This document shows positions 11,055 through 24,085 of a stretch of DNA of 64,000 nucleotides, in pieces (the stretch's first letter is position 1; each line of letters opens with the position of its first letter). Source of the stretch: Paraphysomonas bandaiensis (taxonomy: Eukaryota; Protista; Chrysophyceae); assembly GCA_965644295.1 (NCBI GenBank), contig CBFFRP010000014.1, positions 1-64,000 of the forward strand, read 5' to 3'. A program made the position numbers and the translations under genes. The notes beneath the pieces are model-generated. The model saw nothing but the letters and a program-made list of their open reading frames with translations. It searched no databases and was not told the DNA's origin.

Positions 11055-14000
11055 TTAATACAGCCCCAACTCCTTTTGCCTGGATCGTATACTTTCAACT
11101 GTTGCGAGGCTTTTAGTGTCTAGAGCTTCGTATTCGTACTCCTCATCCTGCGACCAGCGATGTGGCGCACTTACTGTGTCAAATGGCGATTTCTGATACC
11201 TCCTATCCCAATCCATATCGGAGAGTGGCCGCTTAGGTTTATTCTTAATAGAATCCAAAGCTTCCACACTTTTCTTTCCGTCCTTTGGCGAACGTTGAGT
11301 CACAACACGGTCAACTTCAGTATCACAACAGCCATACACAGTTGATCGTACGGACAATTTCTCCGGAGGAGGTATTTTAACTTTTCGTGTCCGCTTCGTC
11401 GTTTTCGATTGACGAGTTCGATGGGTATTGGTATTGTGCTCTGACGTATGTTCAATATTATTGGACGGGCCAGAAGCAGCCTTCATCATGGCTCGAGTGG
11501 ACGATTCTGGAGCAGTTGAGCGCATAATCTCATCTGTAGTTTGGTTATGGCTTGGATGAGATTGCACATTTTCTGTCGACTTGCTACGTTTGATTGGAGC
11601 TGTATCGTCATTCGGAGTATCTTGGTCGTCATTAAAACATAAAAGGAACAACTTATCCGGATCACGAGACTGTTTCGACGATTTATTGAATGGTGAGTTT
11701 GTTACTCCTTCCTCCATCCAGTTGCAACTCGTATTGCTCTCAAGGCTTTCCGATCGCAAATTTCTTCGCTGTGACGTGCCGTTGTTCGTCGCATAATCTC
11801 CATGGACCGACCTCATGTTAATATCAGGTAATTCAGGACGACTTGTAGACTTATAGTAGGCAGGTTTGAAGTCGACATCTCCAACAGCTGACTTGGCTGC
11901 CACAAAATTTTTCGATGGGCAACTACCAAACAACAGCTCGTCTATATTTTTGCTGAGTTGACCGCCGTCAATGTCGCCGTTCTCGGTGCCCTCATTATCA
12001 GGTTTCGCAACGGAAGCCGATTTGATGGACTTAACGCCACGATATCCTCCAAATGCGGCATCAGATATGTCGGAGGTAGGGCTTTGGATGTGTGTATTGG
12101 ATTCGGATATCGGTCTGCTGGAATTAGATGAGGGTGTCATAAACCGTTTATAACCCATAAATGCTTCTTTACTGAATCCCCATGGATCCATCAGTCGCCG
12201 TTGCTCTTTAGCACGAGACAACTGACGTTTCAAATCCTCCTCTCTTGCTTTCAGCTCATCTATTTCGCTTTGCAGGGCATATTTTTCGTCATCGAATGAC
12301 TTCATCTTATCGAGTGCTCTCTGTAATTGTGCCTCACGAGAAGCTGCGTCTACTTCATACCCTTCAATGCTATGGGACAAGAACGATATTTCTGATGATT
12401 TCTTATCGCTTTCAGTCGTTAAGTCGGCAATTTCTGATTGCATACGTTCTGCTTTAAAGGTAAGATCCCCCACCTCAGCTTTCAGACGTTCCACTAAACT
12501 ATTGGCAGTGCCAAGATTTTCCTGCAGAGTTGTCAGGTCTCCAGACTTCCGCGAGGCATCGGCTTTCAAATCGTCATATCGACGTTGCAAATCCATTAGT
12601 CTCGACTCTATCCCTTCTTTGTCCCCACTGTTTTGTTTCAATGTATCTCTGAGCTCCTCGAGGTCATAGTTTAATCCTGCATTCGCTTCACTTAACGTTT
12701 GATTCTTCTCACTTTCAGTGTAAAGTTCCTCTTCAAGATGACTAATTTTATCTTCGCAATTCTGCAATTCCGATCTATGTTCCCGACATTTCTGTTCTAG
12801 ACTTTCTATAGCTGCTTCTAATTCATGTATTCTTGATTTACAGCCAACAAGCTCCTCCGACATACCCTTGTTCTCACTTTCTGCAATACCTAACTTGGCC
12901 TCCGCATCTTGAAGAAGTGACCTTTCCTTGGAAAGGTCCAATGAGACCGCACTAAACTGTTCTTGAAGGTTGGAAACGCTTGCTGATAGCTCTAACTTAT
13001 CAGCCAAATCTGATTCTAATTTAGAATTCTTCTCGTGAGAAGCCTTTAACTCAATCTCCACAGAACTTAAGGCAGCAGACACGCGCTCCGATTTTTCCTC
13101 CGCACTACTTAAATTCTCTTTCAAAACCACAATTTTTTCCTCCAGCATAGCCTGATATTCTTTCAGAGACTTTTTTGATGTCTCTTCGTCAGCCAAGCGA
13201 CCCTCTAGAGCTACTACATTATCACGAGATGAAGATAAATCGTTCTCTAATCCCTCCTTCTGAGAAGATAACAGAGTGATGCTTTCTTTGAGCTTCATCA
13301 GCTCGTCTTCACTACCCTCGGTATCAAGCGATAAACGGCTCTCTAAGGCTTGAAGTTTTGATTCCATTACAGAGACGTCATCTCGAAGTGCTTGAATTAC
13401 AGACACGGCCAGAGTAACTTCTGCTCTGAGCTGGGTGTCAATATTGTCACTTGACACTTCATCCAACTTGTTGGAAGTTTTATGATCAGTACTTTCAGAT
13501 ACGAGTACTCCGTGAAGGCGTACAATCTCCTCACGGAGTGACATTCTCAGATCGTCGTCTGCATGTGCACTTGCAGGGGAGATACCTGCGGTTGTGCTCC
13601 TCAATCTATCCACCTCTGCTTCCAGCCTTGACTTTTCATCCCTCATAGTTTCAAGATCACTTGTAGCTACGCTTAAAGCTTTGGCTTGCTCAGCTGCACG
13701 TGATTCAGCTTCACGATATTTTTCTTCATAACTACCAATTTGTTTCATAGCAGTTGCAGACACATCGAACATACCGTTTAGAGCATTCGAATCCAATGAC
13801 TGTGATGCCTCGAGCTGTTCGTTGAGCTGAGAAATCTTTTCCAACAGGGCTGACTTCTCCGTATCTACAGCTGCATCAGCATCAGCACGGAGTCGAGCTA
13901 GCTCGCCAGCAAGTTTTTCTTTTTCCTCATTTGACGACGATAAGTTCTCTTTAGCGCTTTGGAGGGCAGCAACACTGTCTTTCAACTGAGTTTCCATGGC

Positions 14001-17000
14001 TACTAGCTTCTGCTGCAGAGAAAGTACACCTTCACCTGGAGCACTTTTCTGGTCAGCAATGTCACTACTATGCACCCCATCCATATTTTTCGCACCACCT
14101 TCTTTAGTCGCGTCTTTTAGCGCATTCTTCAAAGCTTGTAATTCTAAGTCTTGATTGTGAATTTGCTCCTCCAAACAAGAAACCTTAGAGCGAAAGTCGG
14201 TGGCAATTGATTCTGATGTGTCAACTTTCTGCCGCAATGTCTCGATCAGCGTGTCATTCTCGGATTGACTTTTCTTGTGTTCCTCTCGAACCTCGGTCAG
14301 CTTATCTTCAGCTTGCTGCAACTCAATGGCACCCTGACGAACTTTGGACTCTAAGTCCTCCATAATAGCCTCATAGCTGCCAACTCGTTTCATAGCAGAG
14401 GCTGAAATCTCCAGCAAATCGTGCATACTATCCCGTTCACTCAATGGGTCATTGGCAATACTAACCAGCTGTGACTTCGTTGTATGTCCTCGCAACTTAG
14501 CTAAATCATTTTTAAGTTCATTATTTTCTTGCTGGGACATCCTTAGTCTTCTCTCGGCTTCTTGAAGGGCGTCACTGGTCTTCTGCGCCCCATTTTCCTC
14601 CTCTTTCAAGTTTTCCTCGAGAAGACCCTTCGAACTGGAACTAAGTTTTCTTTTCAAACGCGCAATCTCCTCCATGAGAATATATGGATCGCTTTCCTCG
14701 TCAATATTTCGGTCGATAGAATTTGGGGACACATTAGAACCAGATTGGGCTTCAGAAGTAGCTTTCTCAGTAGCTTTCAAAGTCGCTTCCAACTTCATTT
14801 TTTCTTCTTTGATGTCTCTGAGCTGTTGTTCAGCGTTCTCTAGAGCAGTTGTGAGTTCCGCTTCTCGAAGGCCTGAATTACACAGGGCTTGTTGAGAATC
14901 CGCTAGTGCTGACTCCCCATTCTCCACAGCTTTCTCCAACTCATGAATTCTCGCTTCATAAGTATTTGTATCGACAGACACCACAGATGCTAGCTTTCTG
15001 CGCAGGCGTGCATTTTCCGCCATAAGTTCATATCTCTCCACATCATCGTGGTCATCACCAGAGGGCGTTGCCACTACAGTTCCAGGAGTTGAGACACTAC
15101 TCGACGCCTTCAGGATATTCAGCTCATTTCGTGCTTGTTCAAGTTCTTCGGTCAATCTGGCATATTCATCATCAGTTTTCTGTATCTTTTGTTCAGCTTC
15201 CTGTAAATTCTTCGCACTTCGAGATAATTGTGTCTCCAACTCACTTATATTTCCCGAAAGCTTAGAATTTTCAGCACTTCGTGCGAGCTCCTCCTTAAGT
15301 CTCGCATTCTCTTGTTGAGATTTTTCCAATACTATTCGAACATCTTCTGCTGGCAGTTCTGATTGCGGAGACTCACCCTCCACAACACCCCCCTCGTCAT
15401 TGAAGTCCTTTTGAGTAGAATTACCAGTATTTAGTATACCATTCACTCTTTGAAGCTCAGATTCTAGGTATATTTTTGCCTGCTGGGCAGTGTGAAGCTC
15501 GTTAGTCATGGTCGACAGAGCAGCCTCTCTCTCAGTTTCCAGGTTTTTGTATGCCTTATTTTCATCAATTGCTATATCATACTGCCCTTGTAGCTGCGTC
15601 ATTGCGGCCTTCAGCTCTGCAATCTGAGACATAAGGTCTTTAACACTGTCTACTCCGTCAATAATATCACTGCTCGCTGAGATTTCAGTATCTGAACTGG
15701 ACTTCTTCACTGTTTCTTGGAGGAACTGAATCGTCTCTTCCTGCTCACTGCACTTCTTCTGCAGTGCTTCAATCTCTGCATCTTTCTCCTGAATGCTAAT
15801 TTCCAAGTCCACAACCTCTTGCTCGAGGCTATCCAAAGAGTCTGCGTATATATCTTCCTGCCCATCGTAATCTGAGCCTAGTTCTTCATCACCACGCATA
15901 ACACTATTCACATATTGACGACCCCGTTCAAATTTCACTATCCATGGGTGATACGCGTTGAATTCTAGCTTCTTTAATTCGTCGATAGCAATATTGATAT
16001 GTTGCAATCCTGCAGTCATTGTGTGATTCTCCATAATCATTATTAAACCTAGATTCCCCTCAGCGTTTATTGTGCGGGGGTGCGTAGGCCCCAAAGCTGC
16101 AGTGAACACATCACGAGCACGGAGTCCAAATGTTTTCGCGGCAGGTATATCGTCCATGGCCCGACACAACGTACACAAATTGTTCAAAGACTCCGCAACA
16201 AGAACATGATCTTGACCTAAGCATTCTATACGTGTCGTGTGAGCATCCTCAAGGTACTTTTTGGCCTCATCAAACTGTGCTTCGATTGTAAGCAGCAAGC
16301 CGATGCTGTTGCATATCGATGCGTACGCTAAACTTTTCACACCCTCACATCGGCCGGATATATAGCAGCAGTCAATGAGTTCTGTACGAGATACGAGAAG
16401 CAACCGGCTGTCTCCTCTACGAAAATCTATACAGAAGTCCCTGAGTCCTTGCTTGGATTGCACAACCACCGGGTGCTCGTCACCAAAAAATGAAATACGG
16501 TCTTTCAGATTCTTCTCATAAATGGACAAGAGCATGGTCAGGTTATCACCACGCTCACGCATGTTTTCGGCTTGACAGTGAATAACTTCACACACCGCCG
16601 GGTGACGCTCACCATACATTTGCTTGCGCAGAGTTAGAGCCTGCTCGTACAAACCTGCAGCCTCAGTGTGTTGCCCAAGGGTACGTAACAGTTCTGCTTT
16701 TCCCAGAAAGAATGTCGACCTAGCGGGAAGGTCCGTATTAATGGATAAGCCATTACCCTCATCTTTTATTGCGGCAGATGTCGCGTCGTAACGCTGTTGA
16801 AACAAGGCCTCGAGTGTATCGTAGTACCCTTTGCTGTCCAAATAAGATCCAGTCACCAAAAGGTATGATGCCAAACCAAGCATTGTTTTGAAGTACTCTG
16901 GGTGGTATTTTCCCAGTGCACGTTCTTGTATAGTCAGCGCCTCTCTGTACAATTTAGAAGCCTCTTTGTAGCTACCTAACACCGCGTGACTGTCTGCAGC

Positions 17001-19267
17001 ACTGCAGGAACTCCGGGATGACATAATGCTGAACTGACCAAACATGCGTTTGCTTGAGGACGAAGCTTTTCGAAAAAATTTATCCGCTTGTCGATACTGT
17101 CCTGCGGCATGTACAGCACATCCATTTATGTAGAGTCCATAAGAAATACTCGGGTGAAGTTCGGAAAATATTTTTTCATTAATTTCTAATGCTTGCTGTG
17201 CACATGCTCTTGCCGATTGGTGTTTCCCGTTCTCAATATCAATTTCGCATTTGAGCCCCAGGCTGGAAGCAATCTTCGGGTGACTGTCATTCAGAAAAAT
17301 TCTCTTGTACATCATTAACGCTTTATTATTTTCTGCCTCGGCTTCAACCAGTTGCCCAACGTCCTTAAGAATCTTCCCTCGAAGCAAATGTGAATCCGCC
17401 ACAGGAAGTGATTGCTCTTCGAGGTACTCAAGACGAAGTTTCAGTCCTCTGGCCTGCTTATCCAGAGCCTTGTCATAAGAACTCATTCGCCTATGCAACT
17501 CAGCAAAATCAGACAGTATCTGAGCCATAAGAAGTGCGTTGAACTTTTCGTCAGCAAATTCGTCCGTAACATTAGCAGCTAGCGCAGCTTTCATAGTTTC
17601 GTTGGCCTGCAGATAGAAATTTGACATAGAATATAACTGCTAAACACGACGCTTACTTTGGTGAAGAGGGCTTTAGCTTCAGTGTGCTTTTCGCTGTCCA
17701 TGGCACAGACAGCGAGAGCATTAATCAAACGAGCTACAAGGGGGTGGTCGTTTCCGAGACATGTAGAGCGTATCTTCAAGAGCACTTCATATAGCTCAAG
17801 TGCCTCATTGGCGTCCCCTTTCAAGCGTAAATTTTCCGCCTGAGCAAATGTGATCTCACACATCAGGGGGTCGTTCTCGTCGTACAGGCTTAATGCATCA
17901 TCCATACAGCTCTTAAACAGATCCTTTGCCTCTTTGTACTTGGCGTGGTTGGAAAGGTGTAGAGCATTGTGATACTTAGTTTGCCAATTTAAGCGGCACA
18001 TCGACGCAGTAACCTGACTTTCCTTGGCAAACCCGTTCTGCTCCATGACTTTCTCAAATAAATCCAGTGCCTCGTCATACTCCCCGTTTTTCGACAGTTT
18101 CTCGGCTTCAAATAAAAGCAATTCATTCCGAAACTTTACTATCCATGGGTGGTCGTCTTTAAAGTCTTTTTCCTCCAGTATGCGTACAGCACTGCTGATG
18201 AGATCTAGTCCTACTTGCGTACCTACACGAGCCTGAAGACTCAGTGTTATCCCCATGTTCCCACGAGCATTCACCACACTCGGATGGTCTGGGCCCAGTG
18301 CACTCTCGAAAGTTGCAATCGCCGACTCATGGAACATAATGGCCTGTCCATAACTTCCTTTGTCGCGAAACAACTCGGCGAGGTTGTTAAGACTTCCTGC
18401 AACGACAGCACCTTTGCTACATAGTTTTTCTCGCCGGATAGTCAGTCCTTCCATCAGCAATTCTTCTGCAGTGTTGAATTTCCCCATGGAACGATGCACC
18501 AAACCCAAATTATTGAGAGACTCTGCTAAGAGTAGGGGATCCAGATCACCCGTGGAAACCAAATCCCGTCGAATTGCAACTGCAGAATCATGGGCGACTT
18601 CAGCGTTGACGAAATCCTTTTGCCCCCGCAACATCTCACCATAACTGTTCATATACTTGGACGGTCGAGGATCCTCTCGATTAAAATGATCCTTGGTGAA
18701 CCGGATCATAAAGCGGAATATCAATTCCGCAATATCATATTCCCCTATGGTCGAATTATACAGAGAAATGTCATACAGCGCATCAAAAACATGATATTTT
18801 TCTGTGTCATCTGATTTGTTGGACTCTATCATACTTATCCAGGAGGTCAACTTTGCCGTTAATTCTTTTCTCTCAACCTTTTGGTATATTTGAACGAGAA
18901 ATTTTAGAATATCACGAGCCCTTTCAGAATAACGTTTGACATTGCTGCACTCCTTCACTAAAGCCTCAACACACTTCTTCTCCGCAGCACCTGTATTTCC
19001 ATTCTCCAACATAGCTTTTCCATAAAAATACAGGCAGTCGACTTCACAGGGGATGGTCTCTTCTGGGAGCAGAGCGATAACATCCAGCGCCTTCTGGAAG
19101 CTATCAATTGCATCTTCAGGCTCATTGTGCTTTAGCAACAATTCTCCCATACTGCAGTGCACCTGGGCTGAGGCTGGGGATGTGCGCTTATTGTGCGCTG
19201 TCAGGTGTCTCAACTCACTCGTAAGTCTCTCGATTTCGGCATCGAAATCAGACGTATTTCCTTCCAT
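11055..19267 (-). CDS. ~2,720-aa protein: kinesin-light-chain/NPHP3-type TPR arrays, long coiled coil, disordered tail; 2 exons (intron 17607-17656)
   Basis: Repeated AESLNNL...LGPDHP TPR motifs; heptad-rich E/L/K/S region over 1,200 aa; 50-bp GT-AG intron joins ORFs 17591-19267 and 11055-17627 in frame. Confidence 0.9.
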
Positions 19268-19953
19268 CCCAGTCCTTGACCTCGCCCGAGAGCCTATTTA
19301 TAACATGATCAGTATGGATACGAGCACAGAGGTATATAAATATGATATATGGATTATATGGTCGCCGCCCTTTACTTTACTATACCACTACGCGTAAAGT
19401 TACTCAATGAGAAACCACTCTGCTGACATGTATGTACAGCAGTACCATCCCACACCCTGCAGGACATGTACAATAAACTACAGTGTATTGCACACCATAT
19501 ACGCTGTACGTAGTCTTTACCAAAAAAAACTTTGTACTAAAATCCCTGGTTTTTCGAAAAACCTACACCACCAACATTGTATGTATAGTTCGTACGGCAA
19601 ACTACCGTACTGCAATAGATACACCAACCGTTACGCTTTTTTCATATCGTATCATATAGTGCCTATAGACTGAGGACTACTCCGTCCCGTCTGTCCCAAT
19701 AACACTGTGAACGTTTTTTGTTCCATGTGATGGGACGGGGGGAAGGGACAGGGACACGGGGAATAAGGGTCCAAGGATGGAGTTCGAAGGCTATATCTAC
19801 AGTACATACTCGTAGCTGTACAGGAGCGCAGAGAGCATCTATAGAACTATGGCAAAAATATGGTGAATCATGTCACACTGATATGCTCCAGTCAGCACAC
19901 TCCACTTCATGAGTCGCTAAGTGATCTGGAAGCACTGTAATCATTGCGTGATA

Positions 19954-21274
19954 ATGGGAAGCGGAGCGTCTTCGCCCTCAACTGTCCGAGAGGATATATC
20001 TATCGGTAACATCATAGGCGAGGGATCATTTGCAACTGTGAGGAGAGCTGTTTATATTCCCAAATGTACTGAACTCGCTGTTAAAGTCATATGCGTCAAA
20101 GACTGCTTATCGAGAAAGGGCAGTTTAAATATTCTCAAATCAGAGATAACTGCCCTGAAAACTCTTCAATATCACCCTCTTCTATGCAATCTGCACTTCG
20201 CCTATCACGATAATGTCAACTGCTATATGGTGATGGACTTACTAGAGGGTGGAGACTTGCGGCATCACATCAATAATTCCTTTCAATTTACAGAGAAATG
20301 CATTGCCTTCATCGCAGCATGTATTTCTTCTGCTCTGCATCACGTTCACTCCCATGGAATTATCCACAGAGGTATAATGTACTGACAGTGTGCTCCCATT
20401 GTTATAACACGTATTTCATCTAGATGTTAAACCAGAAAACATTGTTCTGGATCGCCAAGGTTATCCACGACTCTGTGATTTCGGTATTTCACACACGAGC
20501 TCTACTTCCTCCGGGAGTATGGTGTGCAGTCATTCAAGCGGCACACTGTGTTATCTTGCGCCAGAAATATTAACCTCATCTCAGCGACATAGCACAGAGA
20601 GTGATTTCTGGAGTCTTGGAATAGTGTTGTATGAATTACTGTTTTTGAAACGGCCTTTCAGCAAGCATTGTCCACGCTCCTTTGTACACTTTGTTGGTGA
20701 ATTGTACGATGAAATTTGGGACTCTAGTAAATATGTTGGTACCGTGACCACGCACTTATCATATCGTCAGAGCGAAGCATCCATTCCTTTCAGTACACCT
20801 GTATCTCTAAATGACACTGCTGATGATGTTACATCAGTGGAATCAATGCCTCTACCGCAATCTCTACAAGTAAATCTGCCCTCTGTCTCCGCCTATGGTA
20901 TAGAAGTATCCCCTGAGTTCAAGTCTCTTATCCAAGGACTCTTAGATGTACGTGTGCCGCAACGCCTCGGGTCCGGTGCGACATACAACGCTCTGCGGGG
21001 TCACTCCTTCTTTGAAAACCTAGGGGTGCCCTGGGACAGTCTACTAGACGTAAAGTACCCATCTCCTCTGGATATTAATTTGTATTCGATCAGCGCATAC
21101 GTTGAGCAAAACTTTGCTAAGAAATCTTCCCAATTCCCATTAATTAAAAGGGAGAAATTTTTCAATCCTCAGGCTGAATTGAATGAGGCTTTACAGCTGT
21201 ACTCTTACACTGCTCCGCAGTACAAGTCGCCGAAAGTTGACATTTCAATTAGGAGTACTTTCAGGCTGAGCTAA
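19954..21274 (+). CDS. AGC-group Ser/Thr protein kinase (STK32/YANK-like), N-myristoylation-type start; intron 20372-20423
   Basis: MGSGASS; GEGSFATV, AVK, DLLEGGDLR, HRDVKPEN across intron, DFG, GTLCYLAPE, DFWSLG. Confidence 0.92.
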
Positions 21275-21698
21275 ATAATGTGAATATGAAGGACGTGATT
21301 GGTGTCGTCAGGCCAGTCGACAATATATGTTTGATGTAGTATTCAGTGACTGACATGCTCAGTAAATTACTTCGATGTCTTTTGTTTCATAAAATTCATG
21401 TAGAATTGAACTGGAGAGTTGTGTGCTGGTTCTCTTTGGTTTTCAGAAGTCGTTTTTATGTTGCCGGCAATTGAGTTCTTCTTGTTGTCACTTTCAGTGA
21501 ATAGAGTAGCGTAAGTATAGAGTAAATAAATATTTCATGTATGTTTTTTTCGTATCGCTGGTGTTATATTAAATACTTTATTGATTAAGCAGAATTGGGT
21601 ATTGGGAAAGTATACTGAATTTGACCTTGATGCTCACGTAAACCTAAACCTTGCTCTGTTGTACAAAACCTACTTTCAAGAAAGAAAACGTACTTATA

Positions 21699-21840
21699 TG
21701 AAAGTCTGATTATTACAGAAAACTAGTTTATGTCTATAGACTAGCTAATAACTAGATTTGCTATATACTACTAGTGGCGGGCAACCGTCTCGGGACTGCT
21801 TGTGCATCGCTGCGAGCACCATGGTGCAACCGTCCCTTGA
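21699..21840 (-). mobile_element. 142-bp 5'-truncated non-LTR retrotransposon 3' tail with 17-bp TSD
   Basis: AAGAAAACGTACTTATA at 21682-21698 and 21841-21857; reverse complement matches the LINE 3' UTR at 41078-41230. Confidence 0.88.
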
Positions 21841-21890
21841 AAGAAAACGTACTTATAATTCATTATCTCAACACTTCACAGTATATTCAT

Positions 21891-22822
21891 CAGGGCTGCG
21901 TAACAATTAATTGCTATTTAATTGCAAGTGCTTTTTTAGCAATTAAATTGCAATTATTAGTTCTAGCTCACGCAATTATAATTGCAATTATTGTCTAATT
22001 TAATTAGTTACTCATTACAAGCACGAATAGCATCTTCAACTGTAGTTGCATTCCACAGAAGTCTACTAAAGCGCAAGAACATAAAATCCAATCGATGAGG
22101 TGTCATAGATTTGAGCAGATCACTCGTGTTGAGTTTTGCTCTTCGGAAAAGCCTTTCTATACAATTAGTAGTGGAGTAAATATGCTTCAAGCAGCGGTAC
22201 TTAGTTGGTTTGGTCATGTGTATATATAGTTGCTTCTGTGCTTGGTGCGTTTGGTGTCTTCTCGTCAGTGAGGCGACACCATCATCTTCTCTTTCCTCTT
22301 CTTCATCAGTTCTGTCCAACAGAAAAAGTTTGAGCTGTGCATTCTCAGGTGCAACCATCCTGACCTAGGCCAATTGAATTAGGCAACATTTCTTTCACTT
22401 TTTCAGCTTCCTGTCCCAAAGCATCCAGATATTTCATGATTGTGCTGCTTGATATTGGCTTCAGATTAGTATTCTTTCTTGTCAACGCTTTCTCATAATA
22501 CTCAGGCATTCACAACAACGCTTTCTTCACAAAAGAAAATCAATGATCGTCTCTATACTTATCCACTCCAACCATCTGAACGCATTAAGAGAGAGGAAGG
22601 AGAAACTTTTCTCTCAACATAAGAATCCATGTTGTGATCAGCTCCACGTGAAGCTGCCCTGACCTTTTGACATCGCAGCCTTCGTGCTGCTTTGCACGCT
22701 GAGCATAGTGAAACATCCTGTTTATTCTGTCACTGATACGATTTTTGACATTATCTGCATTCCCATTTCTGACGGCCATTATCAAAGTCCTTGAGTTGGG
22801 TAGAAACACCCTTGAAGTTGAT
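21891..22822 (-). mobile_element. Degenerate hAT transposon with dimerisation-domain remnant
   Basis: TIR CAGGGCTGCGTAACAATTAATT; YSTTNCIERLFRRAK...MTPHRL...FLR...LW; ATATTCAT on both flanks (21883-21890, 22823-22830); other TIR lost. Confidence 0.8.
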
Positions 22823-22993
22823 TATATTCATGTGACAACATATATTCGCAGTAACATCTGTTTATCATAATATATGTTCACCAGTCACTCCTGTATCGTA
22901 TATATTATAGTCAAACGTCAGTAATTAAATTTACTTCACCCGTTACACCCTTTAGTAAATTTTACCTATTTCACACTGTTAACTCACATCAAC

Positions 22994-23139
22994 GGGATCT
23001 ATTATCGAACCTAGTCACACCAAAATTGGTGTAAAAAACTTGTCAAGCAGTGGTTGGAAAATCTAGTCGCCTAATAATTTTCAGTTTACAAATGACTAGG
23101 TTTTTCAACCAATTTGACTGGGTTAAATAATATTACTCC
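22994..23139. mobile_element. Small MITE-like insertion; related degenerate copy at about 23377-23500
   Basis: Imperfect TIRs GGGATCTATTATCGAACCTAGTCA / TGACTGGGTTAAATAATATTACTCC; interrupts the repeat shared with 6400-6740. Confidence 0.55.
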
Positions 23140-24085
23140 ACTTCAGTTGCACAATACGTTATGCCGCATCATACTGCAGAAGTCTTCGAAAATGACTTTT
23201 CGGCTTTAGTACCGTAAATGCGACGTATGGGTTAGAACTATTATGGGGATGTCCAACTTTCCCGTGTGTTGATTACATGAGCGAACACACCACGTTTTGC
23301 TCTGAGTTCATAAGAACTTCCTCTGGAGTCTATATACTTGCAGGCGTTTTGTTATGATCGTATTGACTTCGGTAAAGGGATTAATCAATGAACCTACTCT
23401 AGTTACACCAAACACCTAGTCAAGGAGTTGATAATCTAGTCATTAAATAATGAATAATTCATATTTTTAGTTTACAATGACTACGTTGACTAGATGTTCA
23501 CGGTACTCACCTAATAATCAATTAATGAATGCAGACAATAAAGTATTTATTACTACAACAAATTCTTTACACCAGAACTAGTGTGACTATGTGATTGATT
23601 CTTGCAACCGTTTCTTGCTGTTATACTATTAGTTTTTATTTTTATTATGACCAGCAATAAATAAATCTTCATTGTAGTGCAACTGAAATATATGGACTGC
23701 TTAAGATTGTGTCTATCATTGGTATTGATATTGATTGATAGTTGAGATGATAATATAATTGTACCCAACATCAATTGAATGATGAGACATATATGTTGAT
23801 TATAATTTACTACTTGATTACTGTGTGAGTTCAAGTTCAGTTACTTAAGTTCTTTCATCATTCAAAAATGTCAAACGTTGACATCATGATTACCAACTGT
23901 TGGCATATATGATGTCACAAAAACTGAAACACTGACGTACTAATCTGTTGTTGTAAATTTATTGATTATTATGTAGCAGATTCACAAGAAACACAGTTCT
24001 TCCACCACAGCTTCAACAACAAATACTCGTACATTCAGTACATTTCGTTCCAAAATTGCAGCTCCCGATCCATTTCTAGCACACT

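Noticed and set aside
19680-19770. G-quadruplex or hairpin in the divergent promoter between TPR and kinase genes
   Set aside because: GGGAC/GTCCC motifs could be a MITE remnant; no evidence of function from sequence alone
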